From NCBI RefSeq assembly GCF_006345805.1, contig NC_043000.1, forward strand, positions 106,516,001-106,580,000: 64,000 nt of DNA, read 5' to 3'. How positions within the stretch are numbered: position 1 is the first letter of the stretch; each line of letters begins with the position of its first letter. Both the position numbers and the translations under genes were made by a program. Of the stretch, positions 13,588 through 28,260 are shown piece by piece. Under the pieces are notes generated by a model. The model was not told the DNA's origin and searched no databases. It saw only the letters and a program-made list of their open reading frames with translations. Source of the stretch: Octopus sinensis (lineage: Eukaryota).

Positions 13588-13659
13588 GCAGACGTGATGT
13601 CCAGTACTGAAGAGAGGCAGAAAAAGCCTGAAACCAGGCTGGTCTGCAGGTAACGTTGC
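13588..13659 (+). ncRNA. Extended type I hammerhead ribozyme, slightly decayed
   Basis: CCAGTA-CTGAAGA-GAGGC(AGAAAAA)GCCT[C missing]-GAAAC-CAGGCTG-GTC-TGCAGG with outer helix GCAGACGT/ACGTTGC; GUC site at 13642-13644. Confidence 0.65.
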
Positions 13660-13820
13660 TAGAAGGTGACAGGGGTTCGTTCTCCTGCTCGCAATATCTC
13701 GGATGCAGCTGTGCATCGTTAACCAGCTAGGGGAGATGTCCTCTTGGGGTTAAAAAATCGCAGTAAAGTCCGTATGAACGGATATGCTGAAGTGGCTACG
13801 AACATTACCTTATATATATA

Positions 13821-13883
<63 letters not shown>

Positions 13884-13885
<2 letters not shown>

Positions 13886-14041
13886 CATAATCGGACATCT
13901 AAACCGCCAGAAGTAGTAGTTAAAATCCAAACCAAGTTTAAATGTACACTATATGTTGAATAATATATAGTCTATTGACTAGTTTTTCTACACGTTAGGC
14001 CATGGTGATAAAAAATTTCTAATAATATTTTACTCCTCTGA

Positions 14042-14103
<62 letters not shown>

Positions 14104-14265
14104 TATATATAACATAATCGGACATCTAAACCGCCAGAAGTAGTAGTTAAAATCCAAACCAAGTTTAAATGTACACTATATGTTGAATAATATATAGTCT
14201 ATTGACTAGTTTTTCTACACGTTAGGCCATGGTGATAAAAAATTTCTAATAATATTTTACTCCTC

Positions 14266-14269
<4 letters not shown>
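13884..14269. repeat. Apparently exact 159-bp tandem duplication (13884-14042, 14111-14269) separated and flanked by (TA)n
   Basis: By-eye comparison of the two copies shows no differences. Confidence 0.92.
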
Positions 14270-14304
<35 letters not shown>

Positions 14305-16929
14305 CGTCAGCATGCGATTGCGGACGGCGTGCCTTCATTGTTTTGTTACATGTGACGCTTTCATCAATTAGACGTTAGCAGTCTGTCAGTCATTTCAGAT
14401 AGTTAAACAGAACACACAACACGTTTTAGTTTCACTGTTGTAATGTACGTAATTTTAGTTAATAAAAAACTTGCAAGCCTGTAAGTCATTGTTTAGTTAG
14501 TTAAAGGGAACACACTACCATCTCTCGTGGCTTCTGATATTCATTCTCGCGACAACAGTACGAAGTAGGTTACTCTGCTCTCTCACTAAACTCTTATTAG
14601 CAGTTAATTTGTTTCTTGGCTTTGCCTTGACTGAATAATTTCTACTAGTTTAAAAACACGTTATCGAAAAATACGCCTGTTTTTATTGATGTCACTATTT
14701 GCTCATAAAAATTTTGTCTTTCCAAACCAAGAAAATATGTATAAATATTTTCTACGCACATTATTCGAGTGGTCTAAAACACGGAAATATATATGTGCAT
14801 TCCTGCAACACATTATAAGCTACTATCTTTTATTCCTATAATGTAACGAAAGTCATACTCTTTCATTCCTTTATTTTCAATGCTATATCCTATGCCTGAG
14901 TTCTATCATAGTGCAACCCTGTATTCACAGATGACGTTCTATTTAATTATTTTTACATTATTTTACGAATAAGATCGGAAGAAGTCTATTTTCTGTTAAT
15001 ATGTGGAAAATAAAGAAATTGCTATTGTTATCCTTGTGAATGTTCTTTCAATTTCCTACATATGTAAGAAAGCCATAATATAGTTATATGATTGATAATA
15101 TTTATTTATTACCATACATACATAGGAGATATTATTCGTAATTTTTCTCCGAGTGCAGAAGGTGTAAGAGTTTATAAAAGTGCTCAATGGATTTGTATCA
15201 AACACACTGAATGAAGCTCTGTATATAACATAGTGTAAAAGATAGGGAATACATACACACACAATATGTGTGAAGGCAGTGATTAAATATGACCTTAGCT
15301 GTAATGACTAAAATAGATTAAAGAATTAAGTAAAGGGATTAACTGAGCCAAATGAAACTCGAAACCGGAACACAAATTTAAAAGATCGATTACTTATTAT
15401 TTGGCTAACTACGGCAGTTTGGATTGGAAAAGCAAACTCTGCATGGGTTAATGAAAAGCTTCTATGTTGGCGCCACATCTTCTAGAAATAGCAGTCAAAT
15501 ATCCTCATATTATATATATAGCGTTCTAGAAAAGAAGGGCACATTGGATTGAGTAGTAATATGTAAAGCATCTGGAACATTGATCATAAGTTTGCTGGAT
15601 TAGATACCAGAGAAAAACTGCTACTATGAGATACTACTAGTACTACTGGTGTTGCTGCTGTTGTTGTTGTTGTTGTTGTTGCTGCTGCTACTACTACTAC
15701 TACTACTACGTACATACGAACTTCCTCGAATGTCTGTATTTGCTACAGATTTTAGCAAATCTTCCACAAATCACGCTCTACCAGCTTAAAAACAAAACAA
15801 AACAAAAACCAAGAAAAAATTGATAATGTAGTTGTAGCTAAAAGAAATATGGCTGGATAGTCACAACAGGAACGCATTTGATCGTAGATCTTCTCAATAA
15901 CAACTAGCCTGGAGTTAAACAATAACATCAACCACGACGAATTATTTTATACTTACGATCATTGAGTTTACGTGAGATTTCCTTCGGGGGTTTATGTTTA
16001 CTAATTGCACATATGTGTAACATGTGTGTATTGAAGACATCATGCATTCATACACACACTCACACGCACGTACGTACGCACATACACAATACACACAAGG
16101 AATGCCCAGACCACACACGCATACATGATAGAAATATATATTTTTTCTGTAAACTAGATAAAGAATACAATTTCAAGGGAATGCTTGAAGCAATTGTATA
16201 TCTGTATTCTCTGTAAATAAACAGGTGACGAGGTATTAACAAATTTAGTGTGCGTTATATATGTAAATATACACACAGAACTATGCAAACATACACACAC
16301 ACACATATATAAGTGTATATATATATGTATATATATATATATACATATACGTGTGTATAATATATACATTCATATATGTATACACGCACGTGTATGCATA
16401 TATATATGTATGTGTATATATATATACTTACATATGCACATATATGTACACACACACACACACATTCATGACTTCGGTAAGATAAGACATTTTTTCTGTA
16501 GAATATAAGCATTCCTCTTATACATTCCGGTCACTTTATATTCACCCTTTGTGTGCAACTGTTACTTGTAGGAAGACTTCATGAAAACCTGTCTCTTTCT
16601 ACACCGGCTGAAGAAATGAGTAGTCGCAGCAACATTTAGATATTCTAGAAAGTTACCGTAAAGTTAATAAACAGAATGGAATAAGAGAGTGTAATAAGGA
16701 AAATAGTAGAACAAAAAAATAAAATTAAAACGAAGAGATAACATTTTCAACACATTACCATAGTCACTGTCTCTTTTCATGCTACTTAAGTTTCTTTCCC
16801 ATACATGGATGTAAAAAACTTAATGCACACTGTTTCTTTTTTTAGGCATGTAAAGAGCGGAAATATTTTTTCCTGCATTTAAACGGATCTTAAATTTGAA
16901 GTAAATTTATAGAATGCAAATTACATGGG

Positions 16930-17700
16930 AGTCGTGATTTTGTGTTCGTATCCAGCCGGCGCAAAGGCTCAGGAGGAGTTGGCCATTGGTATTGCATTTC
17001 CCAATTCCGTAATGACCAAGAATGCCATTCCACAGACAATGGTCACTGCCGGATCTGCCGTTAAAGTCCCCCGACACGACGAGTTTGTCATGCGCAGGGA
17101 CTGTTTGGATGGTACGGTCCAGCAGGTCGTAGAACGAAGCCTTGACATCGTCTTCAGATGTGAATGTAGGGGCATACACAGAGATCAGCGCAAGGAATCT
17201 GTCCCGAATGAGTGGAATCCGAATAGTCATGTTGGTCCACGAGCTGCGTTTTGATGGCAAGGCCAACTCCATAGTTGCGTGGTTCATTAGGATTCTTCCC
17301 CTTCCATAAGATGGTGTATCTGGAGCCAGATTCTCTGATGCTGCCTTCTCCGGGAAGCCTAGTCTCGCTTAAGGCTGCCACGTCGATGCTGGAGTGGGCA
17401 ATTTCCTTGCAGATGAGAGTTGTATGTCACTCTGGTCGATTAATATCACTCTTGTCCTGGAGAGTTTAGATGTTCCAAGCCCCGAAGATGAGAGGTTGTG
17501 AAACAGAGGATTTAGTAGAGTTCTGACCGCTAAGTGGGAGATCCACAAGCTGTGGTATGCTGGCCAGATTGAGTTGCCATGTCTGATGTTTACCTCACCT
17601 TTCCTAGGGGTTGCCCCTTGAGGGGTGGGCTGCGGTAATCCTAAAGAGGCCAGTCACGAATCTAGCTGCCAAACTCCAATGTCACGGCTATTCATTGAAG
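16930..17700 (-). mobile_element. RTE-clade LINE 5' region with AP-endonuclease remnant
   Basis: ALSETRLPGEGSIRE, GVGLAIK, ISVYAPT, VSGDFNGR, GIGKCNTNGQLLL across frameshifted ORFs. Confidence 0.9.
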
Positions 17701-17719
17701 AGTGACCATCTGCGTTTCT

Positions 17720-18225
17720 CCGCCAATATGTGGTCACAGATTAGAGGTATCCATCTTTCCAGACCTACCTCCGGTGCTCACGAAACCATCGACATAGGGC
17801 TTTTTTGAGACATATTAGAAAGACGCAGCCATTCTTTAAGTAAATTGTTTGAGGTGATCATGGCTGCGCGAAGGCCACGGCATGCACTTGGCCAGGAACT
17901 TCTTCCCTGCGACTCAAGAATTGAGACGTGTAGTCTTGATGAGGCTGGTTGCAGCGAGCTGCTGGAGTCTATCCGCCTTTGTCACGCTTGCTCGCCAGGC
18001 GTTGCCCACTTCTGCTGGAGTCAATCCTTGGGGGCGTGTGATAGCCCTCCTCCGCTTGCTCCGCCCTTGGGGTCTTGGTGTTTGGTCGTGTTTAGTCTGG
18101 GACCTCATCCTCGATCTTGCCGCTATGGATGGCCCTACCAGGAGTCTAAGACTCCTGAAGGTATCGCTCTTGGAATCATTGGAACACACACGCTCTTCCA
18201 CCATGACAAGGGACGATCATCATAA
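17720..18225 (+). mobile_element. RTE-type LINE 3' end
   Basis: GHILRRR-like coding remnant followed by the CCCTACCAGGAG...CTCTTCCACCATGACAAGG 3' UTR typical of RTE tails. Confidence 0.6.
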
Positions 18226-18644
18226 TACATACATACATACATACATATATATATATATATACACGCACACACATAATATATATACGTGTATGTATGTATG
18301 TATGTATGTATGTATGTATGTATGTATGTATGTATGTATGTATGCGTGTATGTATTCGTATATAGTCAAGTGTGTGTTTGTGAGCGAAAGTGTGCATATA
18401 TAAATCAATGGCACAAGCGTACATATATCCTATCACTAAGACACTACAAAGAAAATACATAAAGGTATACATGCACACACGCATTCACACAAGCACCTAA
18501 ATGCTCATACTCTCGTTGCTCAACTAGTTACATAACCATTATACACGTCACAAACAATATTTCCGTTTCCATGGAGTCTGTTACTAATTGTCAGTTCTCA
18601 TCACTGACGTTGAACACGTTCACACTTTTCATCTTAAATGGCAC

Positions 18645-18835
18645 TCCTCCTCCTCTCCTCCTCCTCCTCCCCCTCCTCCTCCCCTCCTCCTCCCCTCCTC
18701 CTCCCCCTCCTCCTCCCCTCCTCCTCCCCTCCTCCTCCTCCTCCCTCCCCTCCTCCTCCCCTCCCCTCCCCTCCCTCCTCCCCTCCTCTCCCTCCTCCTC
18801 CAATGCCCCTCCCCTCCTCCCCTCCCCTCCTCTTT
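18645..18835. repeat. (CCT)n/(CCCT)n polypyrimidine tract
   Basis: Read directly from the sequence. Confidence 0.93.
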
Positions 18836-19503
18836 TTCTTCTGTCATTCCAATTTATTATTAAGACAAACCAACCAGGTAATCCAGCGTTAAATAACATT
18901 CTGAAATCTATTTTTTTTCCTATCTGGTGTTAAGTTTAGAGTAGTAGCACCCATTACAGCACGAAGAGCAAGGAGAACAATAACAGAAGATAAAAATAAT
19001 AACAACCTTAAAAACAGAATCACTAGCAACTGCAACAAAAGAAGTCTCGACGTAGTTGCTCGGCATGCTAGAAGTAACAACTGAATATGCCTAAAAGTAC
19101 TCGCACAACCATCTTAAAAAGGGATCGGGGAAAACATAGGATAATATAACTCTGGTATATTTCTAAAGAGAAGCAAAAGAAGTACATCATTAATTGAAAA
19201 TTGAACGACATTAAAGACTGGGCATGAAGAAAGGTGCAGGCCATAGAAAAAAGTTGTCACTCGAAACCAGATGCTGACAAGCTTGGTAGGCTGTCTCTTC
19301 CAAGAGCTTTTGGAATACGGAACTTAGTTTAGCTGGAACTGAATTTGAAGATTACCACTACTGAACTGAGTCCGTAGCTGACAAGAGGAGGTGATCCACT
19401 CCTTCGAATCGTAAAAGATGAAATCCTTCATCAAGAAAGAAACTGAACATTTAAAAAAAATGAGACTGGTTTTGAATATGAAGTGATTACCATTTACATT
19501 AAA

Positions 19504-19887
19504 CTAGCAGTATCGCCCGGCGTTGCTCAGGTTTGTAAGGGAAATAACTATAAAGCATTTTTAGAGAGTTATAGTCAAAAAATAGCAAAAAAATGGAAAA
19601 AAATGATGGTAAATTTTGTTTTAGTTAAAAAAAGGTGGAGTTGCGTCCCCTAGACAGTTTGGGGTTTGTGTTTCTGATTCTCGACCCCATGTCGAATTTA
19701 TCGATTTTTTTCAGAACTGGGGGAACTTTTCAAAATTTTCGCTGCGTTAGTTTTGAATTATGACATTGGGCTATGTGTGTGTCAAGTGTCATCAGAATCG
19801 GTTGAAAGCCGTGGTCAGGGTGAGGGTACAAGCAAACAGACATACAGAAACACGCACAGACAAACTGCCGTTTATATAGAGAGAGAT
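19504..19887 (+). mobile_element. Non-autonomous Helitron/Helentron-associated (HINE-like) element
   Basis: Starts ACTAGCAGTATCGCCCGGCGTTGCTC, has an internal (ACAG)n-like tract and ends TTTATATAGAGAGAT, the typical HINE layout. Confidence 0.55.
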
Positions 19888-19977
19888 GAGTGAAGCAGAG
19901 GACAAAACATGACCGGCCGTTGTTGGAGAAAATTTAGGAAGACACGGTAATGCACAGGAAGTACGGATTTATAGGGG

Positions 19978-20440
19978 TAGGTATGACTGTGGTTAAGAAG
20001 TTTGCTTTGCAACCACATGTTTTCTGGGTCAATCCCAATGCTTCGCGCCTTGGGCAATTATCTTCTACTATAGCCCTGGGTTGATCCATGCCGTGTGAGA
20101 AAATTTGGCAGAGAAAAAATATGTGGAGTCCTGACGTATGTGTGTGTGGTGTGTATCTGTATATCTGTATCTACATCTATATCTGTTTATCTATTTATAT
20201 ATGTGTATGTGTGTGTGTGTGTGTGAATGTTTGTCACCCCCAATTCTTGACAACCGGTGTTGGGTTGCTTTCGCAATGTCCCCGTGACTTAGCGGTTCGG
20301 TAAAGTATACAGATAGAATAAGTACCAAACACAAAACAAAAAAGAACATAAGTACTGAGGTCGATGTGTTCAGCTAAAACTCTTCAATGCGGTGCTCCAG
20401 TATGGCTGCAGTCCAGTGATTAAAACAAGTAGGACATAGA
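19978..20440 (+). mobile_element. Diverged SINE family A copy
   Basis: Head, internal microsatellite and CTTAGCGGTTCGG..GATAGAATAAGTAC tail are recognisable. Confidence 0.75.
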
Positions 20441-21494
20441 TAAAAAATATGCCGGATGTACACGAAAACCAACAAAAGACCCATTAAAATAAAGTACTTA
20501 TCAAGTACTTTATTAATAAAGAACAAAAGAGTTTGTATCCATATAATTCTTTTATTTTTTTTCGCCATGGTATAAGTTATAAGAGTTTAAGACTATTATT
20601 AATTTTGTTAAACATTGAGATTTGTCCACTTTCTTCCAACCCTAACAGCCTCTGTTCCTTCTGAAACTGATATCACAAAGGAGTTAGGAAAAATTTTGTG
20701 GGAAGAAGAGAAAACAGCTTATCACTCTCCAACAACACTAGAAATGGTGGCAAGTGAGCATCTATCATAAGGTTTGGGTGTAAACTGGACAAAATAGAGA
20801 TGAAACATTTGACCAAGAATCATGAATTGGAAACATCAAGGTGACACTCTATAAACAGTAGAACTACAGTTTTTCTAATAAGATTGGCTTAAACTTCATA
20901 AAAAAGACTTGAGTTTCGTTGAAGGTGAGGAAATACGAAGTGAGACAAGTGGGCGCAGCTCTTTGGACGTGAACTATTTGACACGGCTGACTGGTCAATC
21001 AGCGTGTTATGGTGTCAGTACTTTTTGACACTGGCGGCAAACATACATACTCGGGCACACACACTGCGTGCAGAAATATGCACATGCATATAGGAAGCGT
21101 GTGTGCGTGAGAGAGAGAGAAAGAGAGAGAAAGGTCACAGTTTATTAATTGAACACGATTGACAAAGAGATTTTCTCCTTCTCCTCATATACACGAGGAG
21201 AAGGAAAGAGCGAGAAAGAGGGAAAGAGGGAAATAAATCCGCATCGAATAAACGACGCCAAACAGGCGACGCCAAAACGGTTGTGCTAAAACTTCTCATT
21301 TAGGAAATGCTTCAGCCCTGATCAGCTGACAACCATTTACAAAGGTCCATTATGTGCTAACAATATTAGAACACAGTTCACAATCTGCCGATGCGTACAT
21401 ATATAAATAAATAGCTTAGATCAGTGTTTCCTAAAGTGAATACGGTAAAAACTTCTGGGATTCTGCGAAAGTTTAATAAAATTAAAGTTTTTGT

Positions 21495-22700
<1,206 letters not shown>

Positions 22701-23691
22701 TACATCGTTGCAAAGCAAACTTCTTAGCTTCAATCCATGCAAGTGTCCATAAACGCATGAGTTATGTGAATGTTAGAAAATTTCATAAAAGTTCCTTGAT
22801 TAAATAAATTTGAAAAGCATTGTTTTAGCATGGAGCAAAAAGCGATGCTGTTCATTGTCAAAGACTGTTATACCAACGTACGACGGCCACTGACAGAGAA
22901 ACATGTTATTTGTTTTTTCATTTCCTTCTACCGATAAATGTAATATCGATCTATGATCAGAGATAAGAAACTATATACCCTTTCCACTCAGTCCCACTTG
23001 AAACACTTGTCTTTCTACGCCTTGCCATCACTACTGCATTCCACCCCTCTAAGTTGCACATTAAATATTCATTTTTCTTGTGTCCATCCTTCACCGAACT
23101 GGATCTCTCCGTAATTCTGTATCTGCCTGACTGTTCCGTAGAAGATACACGCTATAGAAAGTGAATCGATCCCAGTCCGGAAAAGGGCATGAGCGTTACA
23201 AAACAAACAAGCAAGGAAATAAACAAAAACAAAATTAAAATGAAACCTAAGAGTTAAGAAAAGAAATATAGTTTCCGTGCACTGTTAGCACAGTAAATGA
23301 AGTCATTCAAAAAAAAAAAAAAAAAAAATCGGATCTTGTTAATTCCACTCGTCAAAAATATATCAGCATATCTTCTCAGTTTATATAATTCGGAATCTCT
23401 CTCGTCAGTCAGCCTGTCACATTTCTAATTGAGGCTGCCGCAAAGTCTATGTAACATTTTGATGTAAAAAAAAAAAGGAAGATTGACGTGAAGGTTTTTT
23501 TTTTAGTTATCCATATGGCTGCCATCATTAACGTACATGTTTGTATATGATTAGTGATATTTCTCGTTTTAAAACGAAAAATCTCAAAAGAATTCACGCT
23601 GCTTTTTAAGAATAACTTCATCTTAACATTCGTTCTCCAACACACGCTATGCGTTTGTTTGTTTATTTGTTTGTTTCTTATTTCTTATCAG

Positions 23692-23738
23692 ATGGTATCC
23701 AATTGGAAGATAAGTTTAGAAATAAGTTGCTGCCGTGA
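23692..23738 (+). CDS. Candidate terminal coding exon ((D)GIQLEDKFRNKLLP*)
   Basis: Long pyrimidine tract TTGTTTGTTTCTTATTTCTTATCAG| followed by a short open frame to TGA and then unique sequence. No upstream exon could be linked. Confidence 0.2.
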
Positions 23739-25329
23739 AATGATGTCGCTACTTTTAGTAGAAACACGATCTAGGTGTTGTCTTAGAAGACACATTTCTC
23801 AGTTATAGAGGAGGAAGGTTGACAGATTTCCTCAAACAATTAATACTATATTATAGAGGGAAGTATATCTGTACTAGTTCATCTAAGACAAAAGTGTGAG
23901 CCTCCTATTTGAGAAACCGTGAAGCAACGTCCCTTTTGCAAGCAACTTGATCAGAAGCACATCTTGTGCTCTATAATTTCCTGTGTACGTAGATGTAGCT
24001 TCTTATTGTTGTCTCAACCTCAATACCCAATTCACGACAACAAAGGAAACGGTGAATGTTCGCAACAAAATTGTCAGTAAGCTCACATATATGATTGAAG
24101 GCCAGTCGTCAGACTTTGCTTTCAACTGCTTAGCTCTTTGTTACTCCACAGCTGAGTACACCGGACTGAAATGGAAAGAAGCTAGATCTAATCTTTAATG
24201 CTTCTTATCGACTGACCACGGCTGTATTAGACCAACAAACACCGGTAGCCTCAACTTTCAAGCATGCATAGCCCCACCTGCCATTAAGAGATCAAAAGCC
24301 AGTTTGAAAGAGTGCCAGCAGCATTAAATAGATGAAGAGCACCCTATATTCAAATAAACACCAATTGGGAGTTATGTGACATCATAGAAAAGGTTTCTTA
24401 AATGAGTAATTCCCTTATCGATTGACACAGTAAACGAGAGAACAACTCTGTGGGAAGAAGGAAACAACAGCTTACCGCCCTCAATAACAAATGGAGTGGT
24501 GGTTAGTGAGCACAATTTCTGCTCACTTGCAAGTCTGGATGCAAACTGAGCAAAGTGGAATGGTCTGAATTAAATGAGAAGGATTTGGCAGAGTGAAGGT
24601 GACACTCAACAAATAGGGACACAGCCCCAACAACATCATGTGTAAATGTAACACAACAAACCACGGAACAGCTGTTGAAAAACACTCTAATATAAAAGGT
24701 TTCTGATGACCTTATAGGTTTACAATAGAGATTGTGCATTCGCAAAGTCAGTAGCATTGTGTTCAGCTTTGGTCGAACAACATTTAAATAAGTGTGAAGT
24801 AGATTCCATAAGAAGTAGGAACACCACCAGCGAGATTTGTAAAATAATACAATGAAAAGAAATCATTAACGGCATAAAAATATTCGTTGCTTATCTGTAT
24901 ATTGGCAACAAACATGGAGTGAATTACATTTGAAAATATTTCTAATTAATATATTGCAGGGAAACAACTTAAAAACAACGAAGAGATGCAGCAGCATGTA
25001 TGAATGTGTAGGCGTGTATTTGCGCGTATTTATGAATATATGCATGCATGCATGCACATATGTATTTTTGTATGTATGTGTGTGTGTATGTTTATGCGTG
25101 TATGTGTGTGTGTGTATGTGTGTGTGTGTATGTATGTTTATGTGTTTGTGTATTTCCATATTTGAGCAGAGTCTTTGTGTTTGAGATGGTGAGTAGACTT
25201 AAAACATTTGAGCGAGTGGGAATGTGAGAATAAGTAGGCTTACGTGAATATTTGAATGGAAATGAGAATAAAATAAGACAAGAGAATAAACAGGGAGACA
25301 GAAAATGCTTATGTTTGGATTTGTGTGCA

Positions 25330-25432
<103 letters not shown>

Positions 25433-27844
25433 GGAGGTAAAGTGTTCATGTGAGTTGATGTATCTATGTGGGTGTGTATCTATTTTGTTTGTCTGTAAAA
25501 ACTGCATCCAGTGATGATCTGTTGTTACTTGACGCGAAAACCTGCACACGGGAAGTAAAATTCTCTTTCAGTTGAAGAAATTGCATTGCGTAAATAAACG
25601 ACTCGGCAGAATGTCATGGAACTGCATGAATTTATTCTCGTTTCTAAAAAAGATTTCACCCATTTGACGAAATCATGCTGAAGAATAAAATCGCAAGAAA
25701 AAACTATTTTGGCAGGCGTTAGTAATTTAATGTCGAGAGTAATAAATTAGAAGCATTTCCTGAGATCACTGGAGACTGAAATTGTTTTTTAAAAGTAGAA
25801 CTTCATCCATTATTAATCATTTTAATTATTCTTTTACATGTGTAGGTAATTAGCACTGTGCTATATATGGGAGATACACTCCAGGAAGAACAATACCTGT
25901 GATGGCAGTTTCACTCTGTAACTGAAGTTATTTCACTGTTAATGTAGTTGGGAAATGCATGAACTACACAACCCATTTCATTTTATCACTCACCTAAATA
26001 AAAAGACCTTTGTTCTTGGCCTTAATATAACAATATCAAAAGTAAAAAGGGATTGGAAGCTCTGTATTGATGCCATTTAATGTAGAAAACTTTTCTTAAT
26101 TCTTCCCAGTTTAACCCTACACTTATCTCTTGAGTACCTTTTGCAGAGTCCAATATGTTGTGAGCATTCGAGTCAGGTTTCCGGTTTGAGGATGATTTTG
26201 TTCTTTCCCCTATCTGTAAAGATGTCATGAACATTGCTCTTCCGCCTTGGCTAAGTCATAAAACTAGTAAGTTATACACTATTGGGATGTTGCATATTGC
26301 TATTTAGAGTGTTGTGTTCGAATCGGAACCGCAGCTCCCACGTTTTATTTTATCCAGAATAATCGTTTCTACTATAGGTATAAGAAAAAATAATGGTGGC
26401 AGGGAACTGATTGTTCCCTGCCACCATTATTTAACTAATATATTTTATTGACACCAGAAAAATGAAAGCTAAAATTGACCTACTTGGAATTTGAACTCTG
26501 AATATTGCGAAGGACTTCGTTCAACATTCAAACACACGGTAGTATTTGAACTTTGAACGTAAAAAACCGGAGGATATATCGCTAAGCATTTTGTCCGATA
26601 TGCTAACGATTATGTCACATATAAGTGTTCATACAAGTCACTAATCTTAGTCTCTTTCTCATGCATAACTCTTTACACAAGCGTGTGCACACACTCTTTA
26701 CACCTCTTTATTCTTAAAGGTCTGTCCCGTCCATACATTTCCATACACATGCACATACACATGTTATTATTTTAAAAGATCTTTCTAATTATCTACACAT
26801 CACACACACACACACACATATATATATACAAACATATATACAAACACACATATATAGACATGCGTATAAACAAGCCACTATGTTTAAAATCTTTCTCATC
26901 TATACAAACTTACATACACACACATTATCATTTTAAAAGTCAATCGTACATCACAAGTACATGTATACACAAATACATACACGTACACAAGTCTCTATTC
27001 TAAAACGATCTTTCTCTACCACACACACGTACAAACATACACGCCATTCTAAAAGTGCTCTGTCATCTCCTCAAGTTACCTGGAAATCTTGAAAATAAAA
27101 CAATTTTATTAAACACAAAAGTAGGTTATTTATCATTATTATTTTTAGTTTTTTTGTAATCTTGTTTCTTTTAAAGGTTTTTGTTTTCTATTTAAACACA
27201 GAGAAATATTAATTAAAAAGAAATTCTCGCGGTTTCGCATTCCTTCTTTTAGAAACTCATGTTCCTCAAAAAATGATACATGCACGCATATACATACACA
27301 TTAAATACACATAAAAACAACATTCACAAAACACACACACACACACACTCACATACACACATGAACGCGTAAAACGGATATGAAAACTCACACAAACACA
27401 CTCAAATTCAAACTCAAGAAAAACAACCACAAATACATACAGATACACCCACAAAAAACAAATGTTACAAACACACATACAAACACACACACACACACTC
27501 CAAATACCTGTATTTAAAACAAAACAAAGAAACACATGAATTAACTATACATACAAGTGCACAAAAAATGCAAAAAAAACCCCAAAACAAATACACGGGA
27601 AAAACACTCAAACACACATACCTATATACATAATATATAAACACAAGTATATATAAACAAAGATATATATAATACAAATATATAAACAGAAATGTTCATT
27701 TCATGAAAAAAAATGCAATTCACAATTTTCTATTAGGAATGCGTTCAGTTATGTCCAAAGTGCCATTTTTTGGTTCGTAACACCGATAACAGGATGGAGC
27801 TGGGGTGCGCGTTGCATAAGATGTAGAAGAGATCTGATTTCTTC

Positions 27845-28260
27845 TTCTTCTTCTTCTTCTTCTTCTTCTTCTTCTTCTTCTTCTTCTTCTGCAAACCGTT
27901 GCAACCGAGATACATTCCACCAACCTCCACCAGAAATCTCTGTCCTCCAAAAATGTTTGGGTGGCTTCAATCTCATATTATGTGCTTCTGTACATAACCC
28001 TAATGTAGTCGAGTGGTTTTCGTTTTCTATTAATCAGTGTGTAAATCTCCAGGTTTTCAGAACGATAGTAATAGCCAGCGATACTTTCTTTGCTTTGAGC
28101 GACGATAATAGAAAGGAGTAAAATGGTTTTGAGTTCATGCGTTAGGATGTTTTGAGCCCTCTTCCGAAGTTTGATGCATGTACCACCAAGTCAATTTTGA
28201 AGCTCTTTCTTCATAGTCTAGGTTTCTTCAAGCAAAAGATAAAAAAAATTCTTTGTATAC
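27845..28260 (-). mobile_element. RTE/RTEX-type LINE 3' end with (GAA)n tail
   Basis: MEDRDFWWRLVECISVAT resembles RTE C-termini and runs directly into the GAA tail. Confidence 0.5.

Noticed and set aside
26690-27700. G-poor, CA-rich degenerate repeats
   Set aside because: Low-complexity decay of (CA)n/(ACAT)n arrays with no specific structure.
27749-27976. ORF MRLKPPKHFW...poly-E
   Set aside because: An alternative frame of an RTE 3' end running through its (GAA)n tail.
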